From the NCBI GenBank assembly GCA_034520665.1, contig JAXHNJ010000001.1, positions 386,579-450,578 on the forward strand: a stretch of DNA of 64,000 nt, read 5' to 3'. This document shows, one piece after another, positions 9,209 to 19,748 of this stretch. Below the pieces are notes generated by a model. The model ran no database searches, was not told the DNA's origin, and saw only the letters and a program-made list of their open reading frames with translations. Position 1 is the first letter of the stretch. Each line of letters begins with the position of its first letter. The stretch is from Patescibacteria group bacterium. Its GTDB lineage: Bacteria > Patescibacteriota > Patescibacteriia > JAXHNJ01. Made by a program: the position numbers and the translations under genes.

Positions 9209-10318
9209 TTATTTATACCAGTCATTTTTTGGCTGATAAGATAATTTTAGTTTTTGATCTTTTTTGTGTCTTTTGATGGCCAAAGATATTAATTCTTCGA
9301 TTAATTTTGAATAAGAAATACCTTCGTGCTGCCAAAGTTTAGGATACATAGAAATAGCAGTGAAGCCCGGTATGGTATTTATTTCATTAATATAAACCTC
9401 TTTATCCTTAACCAGAAAATCAGCCCGGGCCATACCATAGCCATTAAGAGAAATAAAAGCTTTTTTAGCCAAAATCTTTAATTCATTAACCACTTTTTTA
9501 GGTATTTCTATACCAGTTAAAGTTTTTGATTGGCCGTCGACATATTTAGCATCATAATCATAAAATTCTCCGGAAGCTATAATTTCTCCGGGATAAGAAA
9601 CTTTGGGGTCTTCGTTGCCTAAAATAGCAGTTTCAATTTCTCGGGCTTTTTCAATACTCTTTTCCACTAATACTTTATGGTCATATTTAAAGGCTTTTTC
9701 GATAGCTTTTTTTAAATTTTCTTTTTGACTTACCTTAGTTATTCCGACCGAAGAACCCATATTAGCTGGTTTTACAAAGCAGGGAAAAGCTATCTCTTTA
9801 AAGGCTTTTTCGAGCCAGTTTTTTTTATTTTTTTGCCAATCAAAATGTCTAAAATAGATAAATTTAGGGGTTTTTAGGCCCTCTTCTCTATAAATTTGTT
9901 TTTGCACTACTTTATCCATGCCTAAGCTTGAGCCTAATACTCCGGAAGCTACATAAGGAATCCCCGATAAATCAAGCAGACCCTGTATTTTACCGTCTTC
10001 ACCAAAAGGTCCGTGTAAAACCGGAAAGAAAAGGTCAATTTTCTGGATTAATTTTCCTGACTGAGCATCAAGCAAACCGCGGTGTTTGAAGTTTGTCGGC
10101 GGCAAAACAATTTGACTCTTCTTTATCTTGCCTTTTTTAAGATCTTCGAAAGGCTGGCCAATAATCCACTGGCCCTGCTTAGTTAAGCCAATGGGTATAG
10201 AGGTAAACTTATTTTTATTTAAAGCCTTAACCACTGACTGGGCTGAAACTAGAGAAACTTCATGCTCTGGCGAAGGTCCACCAAAAAGTATTCCAATTTT
10301 TAATTTTTTTACTGGCAT
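9209..10318 (-). CDS. ddl: D-alanine--D-alanine ligase
   Basis: ATP-grasp fold with LHGPFGEDG and a typical Ddl N-terminus VLFGGPSPEHEVS. Confidence 0.9.
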   Translation of the reverse strand: MPVKKLKIGILFGGPSPEHEVSLVSAQSVVKALNKNKFTSIPIGLTKQGQWIIGQPFEDLKKGKIKKSQIVLPPTNFKHRGLLDAQSGKLIQKIDLFFPVLHGPFGEDGKIQGLLDLSGIPYVASGVLGSSLGMDKVVQKQIYREEGLKTPKFIYFRHFDWQKNKKNWLEKAFKEIAFPCFVKPANMGSSVGITKVSQKENLKKAIEKAFKYDHKVLVEKSIEKAREIETAILGNEDPKVSYPGEIIASGEFYDYDAKYVDGQSKTLTGIEIPKKVVNELKILAKKAFISLNGYGMARADFLVKDKEVYINEINTIPGFTAISMYPKLWQHEGISYSKLIEELISLAIKRHKKDQKLKLSYQPKNDWYK

Positions 10319-11454
10319 ATTATTCTTGGAATTAAGGGATTAATACGAGTGGGAATTTCATAGTTAATGGTGCCAATCTTTTCCGCCATTTCTTCAACGG
10401 TTATTTTTTCACTACCGTCACATCCAATTAAGGTAACCCTCTCCCCTACTCTAATATTTTTTATAGGGGTAATATCAACCATATGCATATTCATACAAAT
10501 CCGGCCTAAAACCGAACAGCGCTGGCCTTTAATGAGAACAAAATTTTTGTTCGAGAGATGTCGATCATAACCGTCCCAATAACCCACTGGTAAAACCGCA
10601 ATTTTCTTTTTTGTTTTAGTTTTATAGGAACAGCCATAGCCAATATTGTGACCGGCGGGCAGTTTTTTGATCTGAATTATTTTGGTGTACCAGGAAAGAA
10701 CTGGTTTTAAAGAGAAATTATTATATTTATCCTTGACTCTTTTTTTAACCGCCTCGGATGGATAAAGTCCATAAAGAGAAAGACCCAGACGAATTAAATT
10801 ATAATGAATTTTACTATGACCGATAGCTGCGGCCGAACAAGCCATATGTTTTAAAGGGATATTAATATTTTCTTTTTTTAATTTTTCTAAAATTTGATTA
10901 AATCTTTTTATTTGTTTATTAGTAAAATTCCAGTTAGCGTTTTCTGAGTCAGCTAAATGGGTAAAAACTCCTTCAATAGACAGATTTTTCATTTTGGAAA
11001 TTTTTTTTACAATATTATAGAAATCTTCGGGCCAAAGACCTAGACGGCCGGTACCAGTTTCTACCTTAAGATGAATTTTAACTTTTTTATTTAATTTTCG
11101 AGCTAGACTGTTTAATTTACGGGCAAATTTTTGGCTATAGACACTAAAGGTAATATCTTTTTTAATACCTAAAGATAAATCTTCATCAACAAAACTTAAG
11201 ACTAATAAACGGCCACTAAACCCAAAATGACGAAGTATTAGGGATTCGGATAGGTTTACCGTACAAAAGCCCCAAATAGGCTCATTTTTAAGCAAATTAG
11301 CACATTCTATCAAGCCATGGCCATAAGCATTAGACTTTAAAACAGGGGCTATTTGACTGTTTTTAGCCTTTATATTATTGTATTGCTTTAAATTGTGTTT
11401 AAGAGCTGATCGGGAAATTTCAACCCAAGTGGGCCAATTTTGGGAATTTGACAT
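10309..11454 (-). CDS. alr: alanine racemase
   Basis: PLP-binding motif VLKSNAYGHG and a C-terminal beta domain. It overlaps ddl by 10 nt. Confidence 0.85.
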   Translation of the reverse strand: MSNSQNWPTWVEISRSALKHNLKQYNNIKAKNSQIAPVLKSNAYGHGLIECANLLKNEPIWGFCTVNLSESLILRHFGFSGRLLVLSFVDEDLSLGIKKDITFSVYSQKFARKLNSLARKLNKKVKIHLKVETGTGRLGLWPEDFYNIVKKISKMKNLSIEGVFTHLADSENANWNFTNKQIKRFNQILEKLKKENINIPLKHMACSAAAIGHSKIHYNLIRLGLSLYGLYPSEAVKKRVKDKYNNFSLKPVLSWYTKIIQIKKLPAGHNIGYGCSYKTKTKKKIAVLPVGYWDGYDRHLSNKNFVLIKGQRCSVLGRICMNMHMVDITPIKNIRVGERVTLIGCDGSEKITVEEMAEKIGTINYEIPTRINPLIPRIICQ

Positions 11455-11459
11455 AAAAG

Positions 11460-12704
11460 TTATTTAATTTCTTTTAATGGGCAGTATTTTTGCAAAACCT
11501 TTGGTACTTTTATTGATCCTGATGAAGTCTGAAAATTTTCAATGATGGCCACTAGTATACGACCCATAGCCAGAGCGGTGCCGTTGATAGTATGCACAAA
11601 TTTGGTTTGATTATTTTGGTCACGATAGCGGATATTAAGACGACGGGCTTGAAAATCAGTACAAGTGGAACAGGAATGAGTTTCCCGGTATTTATTTTGC
11701 CCGGGCATCCAAGTTTCTATATCAAAAGTTCTGGCTGAAGGAAAAACTAAATCGCCAGTACACATTTTAACTAGGCGGTAAGGAATCTTTAAATTATTCA
11801 TAATTTCCTGGGCGCAATCAAAAACAAATATTTGCTCCTGATCGCCTTTTTCTTTTTCAGCCAGTGAAACCATCTCCAGTTTATCAAACTGGTGCAGTCT
11901 TAAAATGCCTTTGGTATCTTTACCATATGAACCAGCTTCTCTTCGGAAAGCCGGCGTAAAGGCGCCGTATCTTTGGGGTAATTCTTTTTTATCTAAAATT
12001 TCATTAGCGTGTAAAGGAATTAAAGACTGTTCAGCCGTGCCGATAAGATAAAGCCCGTCTTTTTTAAAATGGTATTTATCTTTTTCATCCAAACCCTCAA
12101 TATAGCCTAGTCCTTTCATAATCTTATCTTTAATCATTAAAGGCGGCACAATAAGGGAAAACCCCTTTTTAGTGAGAAAATCCAGGCCAAAAGATAATAA
12201 AGCGTACTGCAGCTTAACCAAGTCTCCTTTAAGATAAGTAAAACGTGAACCCGAAACCTTGGCCGCTCTTTCCATATCGATTAAATCAAGTTTTTGGGCC
12301 AGCCTTAAATAGTCTTTAATTTTAAAATCAAATTTTGTTTTCTCTCCCTTGGTTTCTAAAATTTCATTTTCTGTATCATTTCGGCCCACTTTAACATCAC
12401 TGGCCGGTAGGTTTGGTAGAGATAATAACTTCTCTTTAAAATCATTTTTATATTCAAGCAAGCCTTTTTCTAGAGTTTTGATAGTGCCTTTTTTATGGCG
12501 CAAGAGTTTTAAATCTTCTTCAGATAAATTTTTACCTGATTTATTATTCATTTCCGAGCGAAGTTCATCCAGGCGTTGTTTAAACTGTCTAATTTTTTTA
12601 TCTAGCTCAAAAATTTCATCAATTATTCCAGGCTTAACTCCCCTCTTTTCTAAACCATGTTTAACTTCTTTTTTATTATCTCTTATTAATTTAATATCTA
12701 TCAT
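11460..12704 (-). CDS. serS: seryl-tRNA synthetase
   Basis: N-terminal coiled-coil arm and class II motifs (FRREAGS, GTALAMGR). Confidence 0.95.
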   Translation of the reverse strand: MIDIKLIRDNKKEVKHGLEKRGVKPGIIDEIFELDKKIRQFKQRLDELRSEMNNKSGKNLSEEDLKLLRHKKGTIKTLEKGLLEYKNDFKEKLLSLPNLPASDVKVGRNDTENEILETKGEKTKFDFKIKDYLRLAQKLDLIDMERAAKVSGSRFTYLKGDLVKLQYALLSFGLDFLTKKGFSLIVPPLMIKDKIMKGLGYIEGLDEKDKYHFKKDGLYLIGTAEQSLIPLHANEILDKKELPQRYGAFTPAFRREAGSYGKDTKGILRLHQFDKLEMVSLAEKEKGDQEQIFVFDCAQEIMNNLKIPYRLVKMCTGDLVFPSARTFDIETWMPGQNKYRETHSCSTCTDFQARRLNIRYRDQNNQTKFVHTINGTALAMGRILVAIIENFQTSSGSIKVPKVLQKYCPLKEIK

Positions 12705-12710
12705 AATTTT

Positions 12711-13262
12711 TTATAAGCCAATTTTATTAGAGATGTTTTGCATGGATTTGAGACTAATTTTAACAAAATCTTCTAAAGAAAGACCAAGTTCTTGGCAGCT
12801 GGCTATAGCCTGACGATTAGCTCCTTTAGCAAAAGATTTTTCTTTAAATCTTTTTAAAACTGATTTAGTCTTTAAACTCTTTAGCTTTTTATCCGGTAAA
12901 ACTAAAGTGGCCGCTACTATGAGACCAGTTATCGGGTCGGCACAATAAAGAGCTTTATCGATTTTAGTTTTTCGAGGCAGACCATGCACTTCATTATGAG
13001 CTTTGACGGCCTGAACTATATCTTCATCAACTCCTAATTCTTTTAGTATTTGGGCTCCCTTAAGTGAATGCTTCTTTGGATTATCTTTAGTTTCTTCGTA
13101 GTCAATATCATGCAGCAAACCAGCCAAGCTCCATTTTTCCTCGTCTTTATTAAAAGTCTTGGCCAAGGCTTTCATCACTGCTTCCACAGCCAGGCAGTGA
13201 TTAATTAAATTTGGGGTTTTGATTTTTTCTTTGACTAATTTTAAAGCTTGATCTCGGGTCAT
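12711..13262 (-). CDS. HD-domain phosphohydrolase (YqeK-like)
   Basis: H...HD motif (NHCLAV ... LLHDIDYE) in a roughly 183-aa protein. Confidence 0.6.
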   Translation of the reverse strand: MTRDQALKLVKEKIKTPNLINHCLAVEAVMKALAKTFNKDEEKWSLAGLLHDIDYEETKDNPKKHSLKGAQILKELGVDEDIVQAVKAHNEVHGLPRKTKIDKALYCADPITGLIVAATLVLPDKKLKSLKTKSVLKRFKEKSFAKGANRQAIASCQELGLSLEDFVKISLKSMQNISNKIGL

Positions 13263-14734
13263 TTTTTAGGTTTTAATGTGGGAAAAAGTATCACTTCTTT
13301 AATATTGTGTCGGTTTGTCAGCAGAGCTGTTAAACGGTCTATCCCCAGGCCAAAGCCGGCTGTCGGAGGCATACCATAAGTTAAGGCTTCGATAAAACTT
13401 TCATCAATTCTTTGCGCTTCTTGATCACCTTTTTTTCTTAAAGATTCCTGGGCCATGAATCTTTCCTTTTGATCAAGCGGATCGTTTAATTCAGAAAAAG
13501 CATTGGTTAATTCCTGTCCCCCGGCAATTAATTGAAACCTTTCCGTGTAATTCGGTTGAGTGGCCTTTTTCTTACTCAAAGGTGATATTTCCGTTGGGTA
13601 ATCAATAACAAAAGTGGGGTTAATTAGATTAGGACGTATAAGTTTTTTAAACAAATTATCGATGATACTGCCGCGTTGCTCGTTTTTTTCAATTTCTAAG
13701 CCCTTATTTTTAGCTTTTTTAATGAGTTCCTTATCGTTTTTAATTTTATCAAGATCAATAGCCACATATTTTTTCAAGGCTTGGTTAAATGAGATTCTTT
13801 TGAAAGGAGCCTTGAAATCTATAGTTCTATTTTCGTATTTTATTTTCGGGCCGATTTTAAGAGAGTCTAAAATATGGCCGATCATTTGTTCAGTTAACTG
13901 CATTAAATCCTCATAATCAGCGTAAGCCCAGTAAAATTCAACCTGGGTAAACTCAGGATTATGAGAATGATCAATACCTTCATTACGAAAACAACGGGCT
14001 ATTTCATAAACTTTTTCAAAACCGCCGATAATAAGCCGTTTTAAAAATAATTCTGGAGCTATACGAAGATATAAGTCTATATCAAGAGCCTTATGGTGAG
14101 TTTTAAAAGGTTTGGCATTGGCTCCGCCGGGTATTGACTGAAGGACCGGGGTCTCTACTTCTAAAAAACCTCTTCTATCTAAAAATTCGCGTATGGCTCG
14201 TACTATGAGGCTCCGTTTTTCAAAAATAGCTTTTACTTCTGGGTTAGCAATTAGGTCAAGATATCTCTGCCGAAAACGAACTTCGGTGTCCGATAAGCCG
14301 TGCCACTTTTCAGGTAATGGCATTAAAGCTTTGGTTAAAAGTTTATAATCATGGACTAAAACAGTTTCTTCGCCCCTTTTAGTTTTAAAGAGGAGGCCGG
14401 TTATTTGTATAAAATCACCGATATCAAAATTATTTTTAAAAAGATTATACTTTTCCGGTCCCAGTTTATTTTTTTTCAAATAAATTTGTATTGAATCTGA
14501 AGCGTCTTCTAAATCGCAAAAAAGAGAGCCACCATGAAGGCGCAAGCTTTTAAGTCTTCCCAATATAGTCACTTCTTTATTATTTTTGGCCAGTTTCTCA
14601 AATTTAGCCAGGGCTTGTTTAATGGTATGAGTACGTTCAGCTTGAGCTGGAAAAGCATTTATTTTTTTTTCTTTTAATTTCTCTAATTTTTCTAAACGGA
14701 ATCTGTATTGGTCCAGATCTTTTGATTTTTTCAT
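13259..14734 (-). CDS. lysS: lysyl-tRNA synthetase (class II)
   Basis: OB-fold N-domain and class II motifs FLEVETPVL, ARCFRNEG and GFGLGIDRL. Confidence 0.95.
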   Translation of the reverse strand: MKKSKDLDQYRFRLEKLEKLKEKKINAFPAQAERTHTIKQALAKFEKLAKNNKEVTILGRLKSLRLHGGSLFCDLEDASDSIQIYLKKNKLGPEKYNLFKNNFDIGDFIQITGLLFKTKRGEETVLVHDYKLLTKALMPLPEKWHGLSDTEVRFRQRYLDLIANPEVKAIFEKRSLIVRAIREFLDRRGFLEVETPVLQSIPGGANAKPFKTHHKALDIDLYLRIAPELFLKRLIIGGFEKVYEIARCFRNEGIDHSHNPEFTQVEFYWAYADYEDLMQLTEQMIGHILDSLKIGPKIKYENRTIDFKAPFKRISFNQALKKYVAIDLDKIKNDKELIKKAKNKGLEIEKNEQRGSIIDNLFKKLIRPNLINPTFVIDYPTEISPLSKKKATQPNYTERFQLIAGGQELTNAFSELNDPLDQKERFMAQESLRKKGDQEAQRIDESFIEALTYGMPPTAGFGLGIDRLTALLTNRHNIKEVILFPTLKPKK

Positions 14735-14785
14735 AAAATTTATTTAGCTATTGTCTACATTATAACATAATATATGGCGCGAGAG

Positions 14786-14822
14786 CAAATAAAAAACTAG
14801 TCTTTAATAGAAAAACTAGTTA
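14786..14822 (-). terminator. putative intrinsic terminator downstream of greA
   Basis: Hairpin aaaactagt...actagtt, followed by a T-run on the minus strand. Confidence 0.35.
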
Positions 14823-14843
14823 TTTATAAAATCTATTTTAATT

Positions 14844-15311
14844 CTATTCAATAGAAATAATCTGATACTCTTTAACTCCACTGGGAACTTCAATTTTTAT
14901 TGTTTCGCCTTTTTTGCAGCCGAGAAAAGCTTGACCAATAGGAGATTTATGGGAAATTTTACCTTCTTCTAAATTAACTTCATTAGTGCCAACAATAATA
15001 AAGGTTGAAATTTTATCATCATTTTTTACCTTAATGGTCGAGCCAAGGTTGACTCTATCACCTTTATTATTTTTTTTATCAATAATACTGGCATTTTTTA
15101 AAATTTCTTTTAATTCAACAATGCGACCTTCAACAAAAGATTGCTCATTTTTAGCTTCAGCATATTCGGCGTTTTCTGATAAATCTCCCATCTCCTTGGC
15201 TTCTTGAATTCTATTAGCTATCTCTTTTCTTTTAACATTTTTAAGATTATCAAGTTCTTTTTTAAACTTTTTTAAACCCTCTTTAGTAATATAGGTTGGT
15301 TCAGAAGACAT
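14844..15311 (-). CDS. greA: transcription elongation factor GreA
   Basis: 155 aa with an N-terminal coiled coil and a C-terminal FKBP-like domain typical of GreA. Confidence 0.9.
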   Translation of the reverse strand: MSSEPTYITKEGLKKFKKELDNLKNVKRKEIANRIQEAKEMGDLSENAEYAEAKNEQSFVEGRIVELKEILKNASIIDKKNNKGDRVNLGSTIKVKNDDKISTFIIVGTNEVNLEEGKISHKSPIGQAFLGCKKGETIKIEVPSGVKEYQIISIE

Positions 15312-15440
15312 AAAATATTAATTTAATTTCCAAATAAAAAATAGCGCATAAAGGCTTTTTTGGGTATTTGATAGCTGTATTAAATAATTTTAATGATTTT
15401 ATAAATTATGTCAAGTAGATTTTCCACAAAAGGAATAAAA

Positions 15441-17360
15441 CTATTTATCAGCCAAATACTCTTCTAAGCCAGCTTTAGCTACTGGTAAGGCCGCTGCGTG
15501 GCCTTCACCGCCGTTTTCTACCAGGACGGTAATAACAATTTCAGGATTTTCATAGGGAGCAAAGCAGGTAAACCAAGCGTGAGTCGGTTTATTCTGAGCA
15601 TATTGGGCCGTACCGGTTTTACCGCCAACAGAAAAAGGTAAACTTGAAAGAGCCCGGGCTGAGCCGGATAAAACAGCTTCTCTCATCCCCTCTCTTACAG
15701 TGTTTAAGTGTTTTTTTTCTATAAAATCAGTTTTTAATATATCAGGCTCTATATCATCAAGCGTATTATTGTTTACATCTGTTATTTTTTTGACTAAGTG
15801 GGGTTTGTATATTGTCCCTTGATTAGCAATAGTCGCAGTAAAACTAGCTACCTGCAAAGGAGTAACTAAAATATCACCCTGACCAATAGCTAAGTGATAA
15901 GTATCTCCAATATACCAATTCTCACCTTTGGTTTCCTTTTTCCACTGACGAGAAGGTAAAAACCCATTTTTTTCGCTAGGATAATCTATACCGAGCCGAG
16001 TACCAAGGTTGAACATTTTTAGATATTTATTAATTAATTCTAAGCCCAGACCCTTTATATCATTATAACCGCCGCCGTAAATATAGAAATAAGAATTTAC
16101 TGATTGAGCAATAGCTTTAACCACATTAGTTATACCGTGACCACCGCTTTTCCAGTCAGGGTAAAACCAGCGGCTAATTTTAATACCGCCGGTACTGTTA
16201 ATTGTGTCATACCGGCTAGCTATCCCCTCTTCTAAAATGGCTGAGGCAATAGCCGGCTTTATAGTTGAGCCTGGAGGATATTCTCCAGAAACAGCTCTAG
16301 TGATAAAAGGTTTATCCGGATTATTAATTAAATCCTGGTATGTTTTTTCGTCTATGCCTTTATAAAATAAATTATTATCAAAACTTGGACTGGATAAAAA
16401 GGCTAATATCTCTCCATTTTGAGGGTTCATAGCCACTACAGCTCCACCCGTAGCCTCATGATTTTTTATTTCTGATTCTAATTTTTTGTAGAGAGTCTCT
16501 TGAAGACTGCTATTTATTGAAAGAACTAGATTGTTACCGGGCACAGCTTCTTTGGTGGCAATAATATTTTTTATCCTATTAAAATTATCTCTTTCTACTT
16601 GACGAATACCATCTTTACCTTTTAACTGATTTTCATATTCTTTTTCTAAACCCATTTTTCCTATATAATCAATAATTCGGTAATCATCATTGTCTTCAAG
16701 TTCTTTTTTTGTAATCTTACCCATATAGCCTAATAAATGGGAAAAGGCCGGTCCTTTTTGATAATCTCTTACAGCTTGTGTTTCTAGCTTTACGGAGGGG
16801 TTTTCTTCTAGTAATATTTTTAATTTTAAAGCTTTATTATAATCTATATATTCTTTAATAATAACCGGCTGACTGCTCAAGGGATCAGCTTGTTTGAATA
16901 ATTCTAATATTTTTTCTGATTTAATATCAATGATTTCCGATAATTTATGGGCCATTTCTTCCTGTTTAGAATAATCATTCGTTAAATCTGCTGGGGTAAA
17001 ATATAGAGTAAAGTTTGGGGAATTTTTAACTAAGATATTGTTCTGACTATCATAAATAATTCCTCTGGGAGAACTTAAAATTTCATTTTTTATACGATTG
17101 TTTTCCGCTCGGTCGCGATATTCTTGACCCTGTATAACCTGAAGATTTAAGAGTTGAAAAAAAACGACTATAAAAAGCCCAAACACTAAGGCATAAAATA
17201 TTTTTAATTTCTTATGGGGAATATTTTTTAATGAGGATTGATTTGATTGATGATTTAAAATATCAGCTTCTACTAGATTAGCCTTATAGGCGCGGTTAAT
17301 AGCACTATCTTTAATAAGAGGAGATTTAAATATATCTTTATGTTTATTATTTTTTGGCAT
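15441..17360 (-). CDS. mrdA: penicillin-binding protein 2 (elongasome transpeptidase)
   Basis: N-terminal TM helix; STIKP (SxxK), SVN (SxN) and KTGTA (KTG) motifs. Confidence 0.85.
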   Translation of the reverse strand: MPKNNKHKDIFKSPLIKDSAINRAYKANLVEADILNHQSNQSSLKNIPHKKLKIFYALVFGLFIVVFFQLLNLQVIQGQEYRDRAENNRIKNEILSSPRGIIYDSQNNILVKNSPNFTLYFTPADLTNDYSKQEEMAHKLSEIIDIKSEKILELFKQADPLSSQPVIIKEYIDYNKALKLKILLEENPSVKLETQAVRDYQKGPAFSHLLGYMGKITKKELEDNDDYRIIDYIGKMGLEKEYENQLKGKDGIRQVERDNFNRIKNIIATKEAVPGNNLVLSINSSLQETLYKKLESEIKNHEATGGAVVAMNPQNGEILAFLSSPSFDNNLFYKGIDEKTYQDLINNPDKPFITRAVSGEYPPGSTIKPAIASAILEEGIASRYDTINSTGGIKISRWFYPDWKSGGHGITNVVKAIAQSVNSYFYIYGGGYNDIKGLGLELINKYLKMFNLGTRLGIDYPSEKNGFLPSRQWKKETKGENWYIGDTYHLAIGQGDILVTPLQVASFTATIANQGTIYKPHLVKKITDVNNNTLDDIEPDILKTDFIEKKHLNTVREGMREAVLSGSARALSSLPFSVGGKTGTAQYAQNKPTHAWFTCFAPYENPEIVITVLVENGGEGHAAALPVAKAGLEEYLADK

Positions 17361-17883
17361 CTTTGAATATAAAATTAGCTTTAAGTCTTTGAGTTAAAAA
17401 GTTAATAATCATATAAATAAGTACAACAATCAAACTATTAGAAACTCCCTGAATTAATATAAAAATTAAATAATTTTTAGAAACATTTAAACTGTAAGAA
17501 CTAAAGCCAAAATATTGCACAAATAGAGAAGAAAAAGCCAATAAAGTGTAAAATATCAAACTTGAAAAGAATGTTAATACTAAAAAAGTGTAAAGAGTTT
17601 TATTGGTAATAAATTTTTGAAACAAATAATAGGTAATAATAATAGTTAAAATGTAGGTAAAGATATAAGTGCCAAAATTCAAAAACGAATATAAATCTAT
17701 AAAAAAACCAACTACTAAACACCAAATAAGACTTTGTTTAAGGTCCTGAGTTATCATTATTATAATAATGATAATTAAGAGCGGATTAATAAATTTTAAA
17801 GTGGGAGGCAAAAAATTAATAAAATTTAGTTGAAACAAGACGGCTAAAAAAATTAAAATAGCGTTGGTAATATATTTATTCAT
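17347..17883 (-). CDS. mreD: rod shape-determining protein MreD-like (polytopic membrane protein)
   Basis: 178-aa hydrophobic protein positioned between mreC and mrdA. Confidence 0.5.
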   Translation of the reverse strand: MNKYITNAILIFLAVLFQLNFINFLPPTLKFINPLLIIIIIIMITQDLKQSLIWCLVVGFFIDLYSFLNFGTYIFTYILTIIITYYLFQKFITNKTLYTFLVLTFFSSLIFYTLLAFSSLFVQYFGFSSYSLNVSKNYLIFILIQGVSNSLIVVLIYMIINFLTQRLKANFIFKDAKK

Positions 17884-17885
17884 TT

Positions 17886-18692
17886 TTAATATTTTGTTAA
17901 AACAGAAACAATCTGGACGTGATCATAGTTAATCGGCGACTCAATAAAAGCCAACTGAAAAAAATCACCTGATTGTTTTTTGATACTTTTTATTTCACCA
18001 ATAAGTAAACCTTTAGGAATAGAGTTCTCCAAGCCGCTGGTAACTACTGACTGACCAACATTAATTTGATCTTGTTTTGGTATTAAATCCATTTTTAAGG
18101 TTAGCCCAAATTCACCAGTAATTAAGCCTTCACTTAACTCTTCATTTTGAATCTGAGCGGCTGTTTTACTTCTAACGTCGTTAAGTAGCATGACTTGAGC
18201 ACTATTTTTTTCTACTTGAGCTATTTTACCGATAAGTATAGCCTTCTCAGTCACTACCGGCATATTTTTTTTGATACCACTATTTGTTCCGCGATTGATT
18301 ACCATGGTTTTAAAAGTTGGGTCAACACCCCGGCTAATGACGCGAGAAAAAACGTAGGAATAGTTTTTCTTTTGTAATTCTTCTACCTGTGAGCTGATAA
18401 TTTTATTTTCTTCAAAAAGAGTTTTAAGATAATTATTTTCAATGGTTAGCTTATTTATTTCTTTCTTTAAATCTTTGTTTTCTTTTTGGAGCTTTTCTAT
18501 ACTAACAAAATTATTAAAAAAGTTTTTTATTGAAGTAGTAAAAGAAATACCGGCTTTTTGAACCGGATTTAAAAGCCAAATAGTGGCGTTTTCTACCGGT
18601 TTTAAAACTCCCACGCCATGCAACAAAACTAAGAGTATTACTACAACTCCAATTATAAAAAATATATTTTTATATTTTATTGGTATGGGCAT
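17886..18692 (-). CDS. mreC: rod shape-determining protein MreC
   Basis: N-terminal TM helix, a coiled coil and C-terminal beta domains. The gene sits next to mreB. Confidence 0.75.
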   Translation of the reverse strand: MPIPIKYKNIFFIIGVVVILLVLLHGVGVLKPVENATIWLLNPVQKAGISFTTSIKNFFNNFVSIEKLQKENKDLKKEINKLTIENNYLKTLFEENKIISSQVEELQKKNYSYVFSRVISRGVDPTFKTMVINRGTNSGIKKNMPVVTEKAILIGKIAQVEKNSAQVMLLNDVRSKTAAQIQNEELSEGLITGEFGLTLKMDLIPKQDQINVGQSVVTSGLENSIPKGLLIGEIKSIKKQSGDFFQLAFIESPINYDHVQIVSVLTKY

Positions 18693-18697
18693 AAATT

Positions 18698-19747
18698 TTA
18701 CATATCAATTTCAGAAGGAGTAATCAGAACTTCTTTTAAATTTTCAAAATCTTCTAATATAAGTCCGGTGCCTCGCACGACACAGGTTAAGGGATCATCA
18801 GTTACATTGACAGGAATTTTAGTCTCCATATTTATAACTTTAGAAAGATTATTCAGTAAAGCGCCACCACCAGTTAAAACAATACCTCGGGTATAAATAT
18901 CAGAAACCAGTTCCGGTGGTGTGCTTTCAATAGTATTTTTAATATTTTCAACAATTGTTTTAAGAGACCGATTTAAAGCGTTTTTTACCTGAGAAGAAGT
19001 AATAGTTACTTCTTTAGGTAAACCGCTTATTAAGTCACGTCCGCGGATTTTCATTGCCTTATTTTCATTATCTTCAACCATAGCCGAGCCGATCTTTTTT
19101 TTACATTCTTCAGCAGTTTTTTCTCCAATTAAGAGATTAAATTCCTCACGAGTGTATTGGATAATATTGCGATCAAATTCGTTACCAGCTACTTTAAGAG
19201 ATTTTGAAGCCACGACGCCACCTAATGAGATGACCGCTATTTCTGTAGTGCCACCGCCGATATCAACTACAATATTACCTGAAGCATCTTGAATAGGCAG
19301 TCTGGCGCCAATAGCCGCAACCATTGGCTCTTCAATTAAAAATACTTCACTGGCTCCAGCGTGTAGAGTGGCGTCTTCTACCGCTTTTTTTTCCACTTCT
19401 GTTATGCCCAAGGGAATAGCAATTACTATACGCGGACGAGGTAAAAAACCAAATCTTTCTTGATGAACTTTTTCTATAAAATACTTGAGCATTTTTTCGG
19501 TCACTTCAAAATCAGAAATAACTCCGGAAACCAGAGGTTTCATAGCGGTAATATGAGAGGGGGTTTTGCCGACCATTTTCTTGGCTTCATCACCAATAGC
19601 TAAGATTTGTTCTGTTTTAGTATTAACGGCCACTACTGAAGGTTCATTAATAACAATACCTTTATCGCGAATATAAACTAAGGTATTAGCTGTTCCTAAA
19701 TCTATCCCCATATCCTTGGAAAATCTTTTAAATATTTTTTTAAACAT
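18698..19747 (-). CDS. mreB: rod shape-determining protein MreB (actin-like ATPase)
   Basis: GIDLGTANTLVY phosphate-1 motif and DIGGGTTE phosphate-2 motif. Confidence 0.9.
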   Translation of the reverse strand: MFKKIFKRFSKDMGIDLGTANTLVYIRDKGIVINEPSVVAVNTKTEQILAIGDEAKKMVGKTPSHITAMKPLVSGVISDFEVTEKMLKYFIEKVHQERFGFLPRPRIVIAIPLGITEVEKKAVEDATLHAGASEVFLIEEPMVAAIGARLPIQDASGNIVVDIGGGTTEIAVISLGGVVASKSLKVAGNEFDRNIIQYTREEFNLLIGEKTAEECKKKIGSAMVEDNENKAMKIRGRDLISGLPKEVTITSSQVKNALNRSLKTIVENIKNTIESTPPELVSDIYTRGIVLTGGGALLNNLSKVINMETKIPVNVTDDPLTCVVRGTGLILEDFENLKEVLITPSEIDM

Positions 19748-19748
19748 T